A DNA stretch of 64,000 bases from Bacteriovoracaceae bacterium (GCA_048266825.1 JBLWYP010000007.1:89983-153982); one strand, 5' to 3'; numbered from the stretch's first letter, positions 18,563-28,786 are shown. Notes: generated from the letters alone by a model not told the origin. Numbers and translations are program-made.

Positions 18563-20236
18563 ATGTTTAGGAAAGAATTTGCAAATGTAATTTCTGAAAC
18601 AGGAATGATTCCCGCAAAAGATATGCGGCCAATGGTTCTTGATAAGGACGGAAATAAAATCTCAGAGCTAGATCTACTAGATCTTGGCTTCTTTGATGAT
18701 GTGAAGTTTGCAAAAGTTCTTGCTGAGAAATATAAGTTAACATTTATTGATTTAACAAAAGCAAAAGTAAAAGAAAGAACTATAAAACTTATTAAGAAAA
18801 GAGATGTTCTTAAGTATAGAGTTCTTCCCATTCAAAAAACAGCAAAGGCCGTAAGTGTTGCGATTTATGATCCTACAATTGTAGAGCTTAGACCTGAACT
18901 TCAGACTCTTTTTCAGCATCATGTCGAATTTATTCTAACAAGCTTATCTGCATGGAAAAAAATATACGGTAATGTAACGGAGTCGATTGATGAACTTCTT
19001 CATACTATTCATGAAGTAAGACCTGATGATGATACAGATGAAGATAACGTAAAAGAAGATGACGTTGGTGATGAAGTTATCATGTACGTTAATAAAATAT
19101 TGGCAGAAGCTTTTATTAAAAAAGTATCCGATATACACATTGAACCTTATGAGAAATCTTTTCGTATTAGATTTAGAGTGGACGGTTCTTTAATTATTGC
19201 TCACGAACCTAATTTAAAATTAATGAGACCCATCATATCTCGTTTAAAAATTTTAGCTCAATTAGATATTTCAGAAAAACGTAAGCCACAGGATGGAAGA
19301 ATTAAGCTTTCTGTGGGTGGGCAGCCTATTGATTATCGAGTGAGTTCTTTACCAACTCTATTTGGAGAAAAAGTAGTTCTCCGATTGCTAGATCAATCAA
19401 ATCTTCAACTCGATATGACTAAGTTAGGATTTGAGCAAAAGCAACTTGAAGTTTTTCAAAATGGTATTCATCAGCCTTATGGTATGTGTTTGGTTACGGG
19501 TCCTACTGGATCTGGTAAAACCACGACTTTGTACTCTGCTTTAGCTGAACTCAACACAGTCGCGACCAATATTTCTACTGCTGAAGATCCCGTTGAATTC
19601 AATTTAGAAGGAATTAATCAGGTTAATGTGAAGAAGGCCGTAGGGTTAACTTTTCCTGCAGCTTTAAAAGCATTTTTAAGACAAGATCCTGATATAATTA
19701 TGGTTGGAGAGATTAGGGACTTAGAGGTTGGTGAGATTGCTGTTGAAGCTGCACTTACTGGTCACCTTGTTCTATCAACTCTTCACACGAATGATGCTCC
19801 TTCGACAGTAACTCGATTACTGAATATGGGAATTGAACCATTTCTTGTTGTGGGATCATTGAATGTTGTTGTTGCTCAAAGACTGTGTCGAAAAATTTGT
19901 ATGGAGTGCAGAGAGCCTGAGGAAATTGCGGAGGAAGAACTTATTACATGTGGGTTTGCACCAAGCTCAGCCTCAAAAATAAAACCTTACAAAGGTAAGG
20001 GATGTGAATTTTGTGGTGGCACAGGATATAAGGGAAGAGTCGCGATTTATGAGGTTCTTGAGATGACACCTCTTGTAAAAGAATTAGTATTAAAGAACGC
20101 GAGTTCTGATGAAATAAAAAAACAGGCCATCAAAGATGGAATGAAAACTTTACGAATGTGTGCTCTTACAAAAGTTGCACAGGGGTTAACAACTTTAGAT
20201 GAAGCAATAGTTAATTCTGCTGCAGATAAATTTTAG
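18563..20236 (+). CDS. pilB: Type IV pilus assembly ATPase PilB (GspE family)
   Basis: 557 aa. T2SSE N-terminal domain, Walker A GPTGSGKTTTLYS, IIMVGEIRD, TGHLVLSTLHTND, and a Cys cluster CRKICMEC...CEFCGG. Confidence 0.93.
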   Translation: MFRKEFANVISETGMIPAKDMRPMVLDKDGNKISELDLLDLGFFDDVKFAKVLAEKYKLTFIDLTKAKVKERTIKLIKKRDVLKYRVLPIQKTAKAVSVAIYDPTIVELRPELQTLFQHHVEFILTSLSAWKKIYGNVTESIDELLHTIHEVRPDDDTDEDNVKEDDVGDEVIMYVNKILAEAFIKKVSDIHIEPYEKSFRIRFRVDGSLIIAHEPNLKLMRPIISRLKILAQLDISEKRKPQDGRIKLSVGGQPIDYRVSSLPTLFGEKVVLRLLDQSNLQLDMTKLGFEQKQLEVFQNGIHQPYGMCLVTGPTGSGKTTTLYSALAELNTVATNISTAEDPVEFNLEGINQVNVKKAVGLTFPAALKAFLRQDPDIIMVGEIRDLEVGEIAVEAALTGHLVLSTLHTNDAPSTVTRLLNMGIEPFLVVGSLNVVVAQRLCRKICMECREPEEIAEEELITCGFAPSSASKIKPYKGKGCEFCGGTGYKGRVAIYEVLEMTPLVKELVLKNASSDEIKKQAIKDGMKTLRMCALTKVAQGLTTLDEAIVNSAADKF

Positions 20237-20245
20237 GAGAAAACC

Positions 20246-21373
20246 ATGGCCCAAGATAATAGTATTACGAAAACAAAACAAGTTGGGATTGGTGAAAATG
20301 TAAAGATTCAGCAGCTGTTTAAACTGATGGTCGAAAATGGTGGATCAGATTTACACTTAACTGTTGGAACATCACCCGGATTGAGGGTGAACGGTGAAAT
20401 TGTTAGAGTAAAAGTACCTGCCCTTACGGCCGCAGATACTAAAAGGCTAATTTATCAGATATTAACTGAAGAACAAAAAAATGAATTCGAAAAAAATCTA
20501 GAACTTGATTTCTCTTTTGGTATTAAAGGGCTTGCTCGATTTCGTGCCAATGTTTTTTATTCAAAAGGGGGATGTGCTGCTGTATTTAGACAAATTCCTT
20601 CAATTATTCCAGACTTTAAAGCATTGAATTTACCAAATGTTTTGATCGATATGACGGATGTATCCAATGGAATGATTTTAGTTACTGGGCCAACAGGGTC
20701 TGGTAAGTCGACAACTCTTGCAGCATTAATTGATAGGCTAAACCAAAATGAAGCAGGACATATAATTACTTTAGAAGATCCTATCGAATTCGTTCACTCT
20801 CATAAAGGATGTATTGTTAATCAAAGAGAGATTGGTTCTGATACAAATGATTTTGGTCGGGCCATTAAATCACTGTTGAGACAAGATCCAGATATCGTAC
20901 TTGTTGGGGAGCTTAGAGATGCAGAGACTATTGAAGCAGCTCTTACGATTGCTGAAACAGGTCACCTTGTATTTGGAACACTTCACACAAACTCTGCAGT
21001 TCAGACGATAAATCGTTTGGTAAATGTTTTTCCTGCAGATGAACAAGATCAAATACGAACACTCTTATCCTTCGTTCTACAAGGAGTTGTCGCTCAGCAA
21101 CTTATTCCGAAAACTTTTGAACCAGGCCGTGTCTGTTCTATGGAAGTTATGAGAACGACTCCAGCAATTAGAAACCTCATTAGAGAAGATAAGATTCATC
21201 AGATTTATTCACAGATGCAGATCGGACAAGAAAAAACAGGAATGGTTACAATGAACCAGTCGCTAAAGAGGTTTGTTGAGAATGGTGTTATTGATGGTGA
21301 AACCGCCATGAGTTATTCACCCAATCAAGAAGAACTCGCAAAGCAGCTTGGGATGAAGTTTAGATCTATTTAG
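20246..21373 (+). CDS. pilT: Twitching-motility retraction ATPase PilT
   Basis: 375 aa. GPTGSGKSTTLAA, LVGELRD, TGHLVFGTLHTNS, and the PilT-specific AIRNLIRE motif. RBS AGGAG upstream. Confidence 0.93.
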   Translation: MAQDNSITKTKQVGIGENVKIQQLFKLMVENGGSDLHLTVGTSPGLRVNGEIVRVKVPALTAADTKRLIYQILTEEQKNEFEKNLELDFSFGIKGLARFRANVFYSKGGCAAVFRQIPSIIPDFKALNLPNVLIDMTDVSNGMILVTGPTGSGKSTTLAALIDRLNQNEAGHIITLEDPIEFVHSHKGCIVNQREIGSDTNDFGRAIKSLLRQDPDIVLVGELRDAETIEAALTIAETGHLVFGTLHTNSAVQTINRLVNVFPADEQDQIRTLLSFVLQGVVAQQLIPKTFEPGRVCSMEVMRTTPAIRNLIREDKIHQIYSQMQIGQEKTGMVTMNQSLKRFVENGVIDGETAMSYSPNQEELAKQLGMKFRSI

Positions 21374-21408
21374 TCGGATCTGAATTTATGTTAGAATAAA
21401 AGAGTATT

Positions 21409-22623
21409 ATGGCCAATTGGAGATATGAAGCAATTAATAAAGACGGTCGCCGTGAAGCGGGGACTGTGGATGCCCTAAATGCGAAGGAAGTTCGTAGGGT
21501 TTTGCGTGGACGTGGTTTAAGACCAAAGTCAGTAACTCCTCCATCTTTATTAGAGTTTGATATTGGTGAGTGGATGATTGATAACGGTCTGGCGAAGGCC
21601 TTTGGACCAAAAGATCTTCTTACTTTCACTAAGCAGTTGGCCATTATGGTAAATGCTGGTGTTCCTATTATTCAATCTCTTGAAATCCTTTATAAGCAGC
21701 AAAAACATCCCGTCCTGAGAAAGGCAATTAAGAAAATTGCAACCGATGTAGGTGAAGGTAAAACCATTTCCGAAGCTATGATGGATCAAAATGGCTTTAG
21801 TAAGCTATATTGTAATCTTGTAAAGGCCGGGGAAGCTGGCGGGATCTTGGATACTATTTTAAATAAACTTACTGTCCACATGGATAAACAAGAGAAAATT
21901 AAGTCTCAAATTAAATCGGCCATGACCTATCCCTTTATTGTTTGCATTATTGGTGCAGGGGTTGTCTGGGGTTTAATGGTATTTGTAGTTCCGCAATTTG
22001 TAGGAATGCTACAGGATACTGGCCAGCAAATTCCAGCCGTTACTCAGCTCGTGATTGATACCTCCGATTTTCTAGGGGAATATTCAATATATATGGTCCC
22101 TGGTGCGATAGTTTTAGGAGCTATTTTTAATGCCTATATAAAGACTCCGTCTGGAAAAATTATCTACGATAATCTATTTATGAAATTACCTATTTTTGGT
22201 GAAATTGTTATTAAGGGAAGTCTAGCTTCATTTTGTAGAACACTTGCAACCATGCTTGGTTCAGGAGTGTCCCTTGTCGATGCACTAGATATTTGTATTG
22301 AGACGATTGATAATGGTGTTATGGCGAAAGACTTAACTGGTGTTAAGAAAAAAGTTATTGAAGGTAAAACTTTAACAGAACCTCTTGAGAAAATAGAATA
22401 CTTTCCGGCAATGGTAACTCAAATGGTACGTGTTGGAGAGCAGACTGGTCAGGTTGATCAAATGCTAGAGAAAGTATCAGATGTTTTTGAAGAAGAAGTG
22501 AATGAACTCATTGGAACTATGACCAAAATGATAGAGCCAATTATTATTGTCGTTTTGGGTGGAATCATCGCAACAATATTAGTTGCCATGTACCTGCCAA
22601 TCTTTATGTCTGCAGGAGGGTAG
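21409..22623 (+). CDS. pilC: Type IV pilus platform protein PilC (GspF family)
   Basis: 404 aa with two GspF-type repeats and three TM segments. Position after pilB and pilT. Confidence 0.92.
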   Translation: MANWRYEAINKDGRREAGTVDALNAKEVRRVLRGRGLRPKSVTPPSLLEFDIGEWMIDNGLAKAFGPKDLLTFTKQLAIMVNAGVPIIQSLEILYKQQKHPVLRKAIKKIATDVGEGKTISEAMMDQNGFSKLYCNLVKAGEAGGILDTILNKLTVHMDKQEKIKSQIKSAMTYPFIVCIIGAGVVWGLMVFVVPQFVGMLQDTGQQIPAVTQLVIDTSDFLGEYSIYMVPGAIVLGAIFNAYIKTPSGKIIYDNLFMKLPIFGEIVIKGSLASFCRTLATMLGSGVSLVDALDICIETIDNGVMAKDLTGVKKKVIEGKTLTEPLEKIEYFPAMVTQMVRVGEQTGQVDQMLEKVSDVFEEEVNELIGTMTKMIEPIIIVVLGGIIATILVAMYLPIFMSAGG

Positions 22624-22914
22624 CTCCTTGTAAGTGTTTGTAATTACTGATGATTTTTGTCGATTTTAGACTAAAGTAATAGCAATGTTTTGCCTATGAG
22701 TTAAATTATAAAGAATTATTGTATAATTATGCATAGTGAACAAGTTTTGATTTTGAGTTTTTTTGCGACTACTAACTATAAGTAGGGCAGGAGAATTCTG
22801 TGAATTGATCAAAACAAGTGAGCTGTGAATTTAAGGCGCCAAAGACTTATTCAAGAATTTGGTAAATCATTAACAAGCCTAAATCTTAATTTTAGGTTTA
22901 AAAAGGAGTTATGC

Positions 22915-23538
22915 ATGAAAAATTTTTTCAAGCATTTAAAGCAAAAAGAAGAACAGGGATTTACACTTGTGGAGCTAATGGTTGTTGTTGCCATTATTGG
23001 GATTCTGTCGGCCGTAGCTATTCCAAACTTTAAGCGCTATCAAGCCAAAACAAAAACATCAGAAGCAAAGCTTCAGTTGTCTGCTATTTACTCAGCACTT
23101 ACATCTCTTCAGTCTGATTATGATGCATTTGCGACATGTCTAGAAGATGCAGGTTACATTCCACCATCTGGTGGAAACTACTATGCACTAGGCTTTTCTG
23201 CTGATAACTCTGATGCAAGGGATATTGTTGCAGATAACGGTGGTACGTGTACTAATACAACAACGAATCCAAGTGGTACTCAACATCAGTTTGGCGCTAA
23301 TAAAACAGTTGGGGGATATAAAGCTGCTCCTGGTGATCTTTCAAATATTACTTTGAGTTCACTTAGTGTTGAAGAAAACGCTGGTGGATTCACAGCTCCA
23401 GCAGTCGATGATAATGGATCATACTTCATTGCTGGTGCTCTAGGAGCTATCGATTCTGAGAATAATACCGCAGTTCTTGCATCTCAGTGGATTATCAACG
23501 AAAACAAGGCTTTGAAAGAAATTAATAAAGGTTACTAA
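22915..23538 (+). CDS. pilA: Type IVa major pilin
   Basis: Prepilin signature G|FTLVELMVVVAIIGILSAVAIPNF with Glu at mature position 5. RBS AAGGAG at 22903-22908. The upstream GTG 22825 in the ORF track is rejected as the start. Confidence 0.88.
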   Translation: MKNFFKHLKQKEEQGFTLVELMVVVAIIGILSAVAIPNFKRYQAKTKTSEAKLQLSAIYSALTSLQSDYDAFATCLEDAGYIPPSGGNYYALGFSADNSDARDIVADNGGTCTNTTTNPSGTQHQFGANKTVGGYKAAPGDLSNITLSSLSVEENAGGFTAPAVDDNGSYFIAGALGAIDSENNTAVLASQWIINENKALKEINKGY

Positions 23539-23556
23539 AATTTAGAACATCTATTG

Positions 23557-23601
23557 CGCCTCTATTTGTCTTGCTTCGCAGATGGATAGGGGCGTTTTTT
23601 T
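23557..23601 (+). terminator. Candidate rho-independent terminator of pilA
   Basis: Stem CGCCTCTAT (23557-23565) pairs with ATAGGGGCG (23586-23594), with one G-U pair and a 20-nt loop, followed by a T7 run (23595-23601). Confidence 0.5.
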
Positions 23602-24413
23602 ATTTTAAAAGGCTTCCAATCTAATTTGGCTTTATATTTTCCATTTTCTAGTTGTTGGTATTTCTCTCCATAAAAATCTTTCAAAGCACATTTTTCATTA
23701 TTGGCGTTTAAGCAGTTTAGATCAATTTCTGCTTTAAGTGCATATAGCTTCTGAGCATAAGATTTTTGTAGGCTCGAGCCTTTGGGTGCTGATCGATATA
23801 AATCAAAGAGAAGAGTCATCGCACTTTTTAAATCACCCTTTGTCGACTTGAGTCTTGCATAGAGGGTTGGAAGATAGCTTGGGGCTAGGGGGTTCTGATA
23901 TATTTTCTGTAAACTGATGAGGCTTTTATCAATATCACCTAATTCGTAAAAATAATGAAAAGAAGCATTTAGATTCAAATAATAATCATCGGGGAAATGC
24001 TTAAGGCCTTTTTCGTAAATATAGAGGGCTCCTTGATCATCATCTTTGATAATACTTAGATAAATTCCTCCGTAGAGATAGGCTTCGTAAAATTGAGGAT
24101 CTAGTTCTGTAATAGTGTTAAATCTGAGATACATCCAGTTTTGAAGATTATCTTGATCATAGTGTGTCGTATCGGAATTAAGTAGAGTCTCAATCCATAG
24201 CAGGCTGGAAAGTAATCTAGATTGTCCCAGAGAGGTTATTCTCAATAGAGTAGGATTTAGATTAATAGCTTGTTCTTGTAGACTGACATCGACTTTTGGC
24301 TTTTTTGTAACAGAATAGAGTGAGAAAATAATAAGAAACAAGATCACGATACAAGGAGCGAAAGTTTTAAACTGTTTAATGTGAAGGCCCGTTCTTGGTT
24401 TTATCGTTATCAT
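23562..24413 (-). CDS. Membrane-anchored TPR-like repeat protein
   Basis: 283 aa. N-terminal TM (CIVILFLIIFSLYSV), then Y/L/A-rich helical repeats resembling TPRs (YEAYLYGGIYLSI..., ALYIYEKGLKHFPDD...). Confidence 0.6.
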   Translation of the reverse strand: MITIKPRTGLHIKQFKTFAPCIVILFLIIFSLYSVTKKPKVDVSLQEQAINLNPTLLRITSLGQSRLLSSLLWIETLLNSDTTHYDQDNLQNWMYLRFNTITELDPQFYEAYLYGGIYLSIIKDDDQGALYIYEKGLKHFPDDYYLNLNASFHYFYELGDIDKSLISLQKIYQNPLAPSYLPTLYARLKSTKGDLKSAMTLLFDLYRSAPKGSSLQKSYAQKLYALKAEIDLNCLNANNEKCALKDFYGEKYQQLENGKYKAKLDWKPFKIKKRPYPSAKQDK

Positions 24414-24479
24414 GAATATACAATGTTATAAAGATAGGTATACTAAAAGCAATATTAATAAATCTTTCAAGTTAATTAA

Positions 24480-25400
24480 ATGCTCTATTTTGAAAATGTT
24501 ACTAAAAGTTTTAAAGAAGATTTCTGGAAAGAGCGCAAAGTCGTACTAAATTCCTTAAGTTTTCAGGTTGATGAAGGAAGCCTTTGTGGTTTTCTTGGGG
24601 CTAATGGTTCAGGAAAAACAACTTCTATAAAGTCTTTACTTGGGTTTATTGGCATCGATTCTGGGGAGATTCGATTTGACTCTTTAATGGGTAAAAATGA
24701 GAAAGAGACGAGATCAAATATAGGCTATTTTCCCGAACATCCTTATTTTTATTCCCATATGACAGGAAGAGAGTTCTGTACTTATCTTGGGCGTCTTCAA
24801 GGAGTGTCAAAGTCAGACCTTATACATAATATAAAGTATTGGTCTAATTGTCTCAATATAGAGTTTGCTTTAGATAATAAAATTAAGACCTATTCAAAGG
24901 GAATGTTACAGCGGCTAGGCTTTACATCTGCTCTTCTTCATAATCCTAGATTGATTGTATTAGACGAACCATTGTCAGGACTAGATCCTGTTGGCAGGAA
25001 AGAATTTAAAGATGTCATGGTCGAACTTAATAAAAAAGGGATAACCGTTTTCTTCAGTAGTCATATTGTGTCTGACGTAGAGGAGATCTGTACATCATTA
25101 GTTGTTATTAGAAATGGTGAAAGATTTTATGAAGGTAGAACAGATACACTTATTAATAAAGACTCACATACAGATCTAGAGATTGTGTTTAAATCACGCT
25201 TTCCTTTTGAAGCAATAGAAAAAGAGTTTGAAAATATAAAGTTACTTTTTGTGAATGATAATATTTACCGATGTTCAATTCCTATTGGTAATAAAAGTGA
25301 TTTTTTAAAATATTCGTTAACTCAAGATATAGACCTTATAGAGATGATGAAAAGAAGGCCTTCTTTAGAAGAAATAATTTATAATACAGGCAGGAATTAG
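24480..25400 (+). CDS. ABC transporter ATP-binding protein (position equivalent to Myxococcus PilH)
   Basis: 306 aa. Walker A GANGSGKTT, signature YSKGMLQRL, Walker B LIVLDEPLSGLD. Confidence 0.85.
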   Translation: MLYFENVTKSFKEDFWKERKVVLNSLSFQVDEGSLCGFLGANGSGKTTSIKSLLGFIGIDSGEIRFDSLMGKNEKETRSNIGYFPEHPYFYSHMTGREFCTYLGRLQGVSKSDLIHNIKYWSNCLNIEFALDNKIKTYSKGMLQRLGFTSALLHNPRLIVLDEPLSGLDPVGRKEFKDVMVELNKKGITVFFSSHIVSDVEEICTSLVVIRNGERFYEGRTDTLINKDSHTDLEIVFKSRFPFEAIEKEFENIKLLFVNDNIYRCSIPIGNKSDFLKYSLTQDIDLIEMMKRRPSLEEIIYNTGRN

Positions 25401-25403
25401 AGT

Positions 25404-26171
25404 ATGAGGCAAGTTACATTAGTCGCAACTCAAACATTTAAAGAAATATATCAAAGTAAGATTCTCTTGAATGTCTTTATACTAGGGCTCGCTATTGCAG
25501 TTGCGATTTTTGTATCCTCTGAAATGACTTTTGGTACGCCGGCTCGAATTGGCCTAGATATTGGGTTGGGAGCCTTGTCCTTATCATCGATAGCGATTGC
25601 GATATTTATGGGCTCTACATTAATAGAAAAAGAAATAAAAAATAGAACCCTTTATATGATCATATCGCGACCCGTTTCGCGAGTTACCTTCTATTTGGGA
25701 AAGATGGTAGGTTTAAGTGCTATTCTCTTAGTAAATATTCTACTTTTATTCTGTTTTGTCATGCTTCTTTATTTTAGTGTAGGCGGTAAGTTTCATTACT
25801 TAATACCCTGGTCGTTGATCTTCATTTATTTAGAAGCCGTTGTGGTATTATTTTGTGTGGTATTCCTCTCTTTAGTATCTAATACTATCATTGCTGTTTT
25901 GTTTACTCTGACTATCTATGTTGCTGGTCATGCCGTTGAATCAGTCAAAGAGACTTCAATGTTTTTATCAGAAGGAAGCTTAAGTTACTTTGTAGAATAC
26001 TATTCAAAACTGATGCCCAATTTATCAAAGTTCAATATCAAAGCTTTTGTTCTCTATGATGGAGCATTGAGTAATACTTATCTTTTCTCTAGTCTAATAT
26101 ATGGTCTTGTGTGGATAGCAATCTTTTCAGCGATCTCTATATTTATAGTGAATAGAAAGGACTTTTCTTAA
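25404..26171 (+). CDS. ABC-2-type permease (position equivalent to Myxococcus PilI)
   Basis: 255 aa with about 6 TM segments. Starts 4 nt after the ATPase stop. Confidence 0.7.
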   Translation: MRQVTLVATQTFKEIYQSKILLNVFILGLAIAVAIFVSSEMTFGTPARIGLDIGLGALSLSSIAIAIFMGSTLIEKEIKNRTLYMIISRPVSRVTFYLGKMVGLSAILLVNILLLFCFVMLLYFSVGGKFHYLIPWSLIFIYLEAVVVLFCVVFLSLVSNTIIAVLFTLTIYVAGHAVESVKETSMFLSEGSLSYFVEYYSKLMPNLSKFNIKAFVLYDGALSNTYLFSSLIYGLVWIAIFSAISIFIVNRKDFS

Positions 26172-26947
26172 TGATCATAATGAGAATGTTTTCAGCCATT
26201 TTTGGTAGCATGATTGGAAGTTTTTCTAATGCCCTTATTTATCGATTACCTATTAAAAAATCGATCGCTGATGGGCGTAGTAAATGTCCTAGCTGTGATA
26301 AAACTATCGCATGGTATGAAAATCTTCCTATTCTCTCTTATATGGTTTTAAAAGGACGTTGTTCAAAGTGTGGATGGAAAATACCGATTAGTTATTTCTT
26401 GGTAGAAGTTGTAATAGCTATATTTGCTTTCTTTATTACCCCTCGTTCTTTCAGTCCTAACTCTATGCTGAATTATGCTTTTCAAATGTCGATATTCAGC
26501 TGTTTTGTAATTATTCTCGTTGTGGATCTTAAGCATAAAATAATACCTAATAAAGTTAATATCTATCTTGCGATCATATTCTTTCTCTCTGTGGTATTGA
26601 GTAAAAGTTATATTTACTGGGGTCTTGGTGCAGCTATTGGAATATTATTTCCTTTAGGTGTTACTTATTTATTCTATTTAGTTAAAGGACAAATTGGATT
26701 AGGCGGAGGAGATATTAAATTATGGGGAGCTCTCGGGTTATATCTAGGGCCAGAAGGAATAATTCAAAATATCTCTTATAGCTGTTTATTGGGCTCATTA
26801 TTTGTTGGAATATTAATGGGGTTTAAGGTAGTTGATAGAAAAACTCTGATACCCTTTGGCCCTTTCATCGTTATTATTTCATTTATTCAAATTTTCACTC
26901 CAAAAGTAATCTCAAACTTTACAAATTGGCTTACGGTAACGATGTAG
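26171..26947 (+). CDS. pilD: Prepilin peptidase / N-methyltransferase (A24 family)
   Basis: 258 aa. Cys motif CPSCDKTIAWYENLPILSY...RCSKCG, catalytic Asp regions VDLKHKIIPN and GGGDIKLWGALG. Confidence 0.9.
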   Translation: MIIMRMFSAIFGSMIGSFSNALIYRLPIKKSIADGRSKCPSCDKTIAWYENLPILSYMVLKGRCSKCGWKIPISYFLVEVVIAIFAFFITPRSFSPNSMLNYAFQMSIFSCFVIILVVDLKHKIIPNKVNIYLAIIFFLSVVLSKSYIYWGLGAAIGILFPLGVTYLFYLVKGQIGLGGGDIKLWGALGLYLGPEGIIQNISYSCLLGSLFVGILMGFKVVDRKTLIPFGPFIVIISFIQIFTPKVISNFTNWLTVTM

Positions 26948-27069
26948 CTTAACTTTATCGACTATTATGAGCTTGAGTGCTTTAAAAAGCAGTAATTTCT
27001 TGAATTTACTGCCTTTAGATAGTTATAATTGACATTGACGCTTCGTTGTTTGGACTTTAGGGATCTTGA

Positions 27070-28158
27070 TTGGATTTAGCAAAAGAAATTAAAAAGATTA
27101 TCACCAATTTAACTTTAGGTAGTAAGCCTATTGTCGGAATTGATATCGGACTAAGTTCAGTAAAAATGGCCCTTATTGAAAAAAAAGGGAATGACTACTC
27201 ATTGGTCAAGTATGCTTCAGCAATATTACCTGAAGGCTCTATTATTGAAGATGAAGTTCAAAAACCTGAAGAAATTGTGGAAGCGATAAGACAGGTTGCT
27301 GAAGAACTCGATGTGAAGCCTCTTGTATGTACTCTTGGAGTCTCAGGGCCAAATACTCTGGCAAGAAAGCTGCAACTTGCAGGTGGGACAGAAGAGGAAA
27401 TTGAAGATCAAGTCCTCTGGGAAGCAGAACAGTATCTACCATTTGATATTGAAGAATCCAAAGTAGGTTTTCATTTAATAGGTGAAAATGAAGGTGGTGG
27501 GGTCGATGTTATTGTTGCAGCTGCTAAGAATGATACCATTCTCAACTTCAGAGAATTAGTAGAGCAAGCGGATGGAATTGTTAAAATTGTTGATCTGGGT
27601 ATCTTGGCCGTAACAAATGTCTTTGAACTTGTTATGGGTGATGACATTGAAGAACCTGATCAAAGTTATTTAATTCTAGATATGGGGGCTCAGACTACAT
27701 ATTTTATTATATATAAGGCCGGCGTAATAATGTTCTCTAAAGAAATAAATGTTGGGGGAGTTATTATTACAGAAGAGATTCAACGCCAGATGGGTGTGAA
27801 TTACTTTGAAGCAGAAGATTTAAAAACTCACGGTGATGAGAATGGGAATCTTCCGGAAGAAATTTTAGAAATTATAGATGATGTTGTTGAAACATTCTTT
27901 TCAGAAATTAAAAAAGCTATCGATTTTTACGTAAGTTCAACATCTGATGAATCTCTTGTCGGTTGTGCGGTAACTGGTGGTAGTGCGTTAATTCCAGGAA
28001 TTCTGGAAGGGCTAGAGGCATTACTAGGAGTAGATGTAAGAGTTCTAAATCCATTTGATGCCATTTCTTATAAAAGTGGAGATTTCTCAGAAGAAGAAAT
28101 AAATGAAATTGCTTATCGCGGTGTTCAGGTTATTGGTTTAGCAATGAGAAGACTATAA
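27070..28158 (+). CDS. pilM: Type IV pilus assembly protein PilM (actin-like ATPase fold)
   Basis: 362 aa. TTG start with RBS AGGGA at 27059-27063. IVGIDIGLSSVK N-terminal phosphate-1 motif. First gene of a pilMNOPQ series. Confidence 0.88.
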   Translation: MDLAKEIKKIITNLTLGSKPIVGIDIGLSSVKMALIEKKGNDYSLVKYASAILPEGSIIEDEVQKPEEIVEAIRQVAEELDVKPLVCTLGVSGPNTLARKLQLAGGTEEEIEDQVLWEAEQYLPFDIEESKVGFHLIGENEGGGVDVIVAAAKNDTILNFRELVEQADGIVKIVDLGILAVTNVFELVMGDDIEEPDQSYLILDMGAQTTYFIIYKAGVIMFSKEINVGGVIITEEIQRQMGVNYFEAEDLKTHGDENGNLPEEILEIIDDVVETFFSEIKKAIDFYVSSTSDESLVGCAVTGGSALIPGILEGLEALLGVDVRVLNPFDAISYKSGDFSEEEINEIAYRGVQVIGLAMRRL

Positions 28159-28779
28159 ATGATTGAGATTAACCTAATTGAACAGAAAAAGAAGTTTAAG
28201 GCTCCAGTTATACTGGGGATTGATCTTGGTAAGCTGCCTCTTAAGAAGTTAGCAATTTCTTATGTAATAGCAGCCTATCCTGTTAGCTTTTTAGATGATC
28301 ATTTTAAATCAGAGCTAGAAAAAGATGAGCTTGAGGTTTCAACTTTAAATAAACGCTATCAAGATCTGAGAAGAGAAATTAAAAAGAACGAAAATGTTAA
28401 AAGCCAATTGCTGGCCTTTAATGAACAAATTGAAAAGCTCAAAACTAGAACTGAGCAAGTAAATAAGATTATTAAAGCAAAAACAAATCCACGATATGTA
28501 TTAGAGAAAATAGCAAGAACTACGCCTAATAATGTCTGGTTTAATAGTTTAGAAATTAATCCAGAGAATGAACTTACCATTGAAGGTGGGACAGACTCCT
28601 ATACAAGTATTGGTGAGTTTATTGTGAATTTAAACGATAGCCCTTATTTCGCTAGATCACTTCAGTTAGCAGATTCAAAAACTGAAGAAGAGGACTTTAG
28701 TGGTAATAAATATAGAATCGAAAAGTTTACGATCAAGGGAAAGGTAGATATTTTCGATCCTTTTACTCAGGGGCGGTAA
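28159..28779 (+). CDS. pilN: PilN
   Basis: 206 aa. Begins MIEINLIEQKK (the INLL-type PilN N-terminus), then a TM and a coiled coil. Starts immediately after the pilM stop. Confidence 0.8.
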   Translation: MIEINLIEQKKKFKAPVILGIDLGKLPLKKLAISYVIAAYPVSFLDDHFKSELEKDELEVSTLNKRYQDLRREIKKNENVKSQLLAFNEQIEKLKTRTEQVNKIIKAKTNPRYVLEKIARTTPNNVWFNSLEINPENELTIEGGTDSYTSIGEFIVNLNDSPYFARSLQLADSKTEEEDFSGNKYRIEKFTIKGKVDIFDPFTQGR

Positions 28780-28786
28780 TTTAGAT

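Noticed and set aside
18511-18831. 106-aa minus-strand ORF spanning the aroE-pilB gap and the pilB 5' end.
   Set aside because: It overlaps the conserved N-terminal domain of PilB. No motifs and no RBS, and pilB is far better supported.
22785-22800. Possible sigma-54 promoter upstream of pilA: GGGCAG-gagaa-TTCT with the correct -24/-12 spacing.
   Set aside because: The -24 GG is present, but the highly conserved -12 GC is CT. No pilR/pilS or other enhancer-binding protein gene is in the cluster. Too weak to call.
22825-22914. Upstream GTG start for the pilin ORF (237-aa version in the ORF track).
   Set aside because: It would add 30 residues before the prepilin leader. ATG 22915 has a consensus RBS (AAGGAG, 6-nt spacing) and gives a normal prepilin N-terminus.
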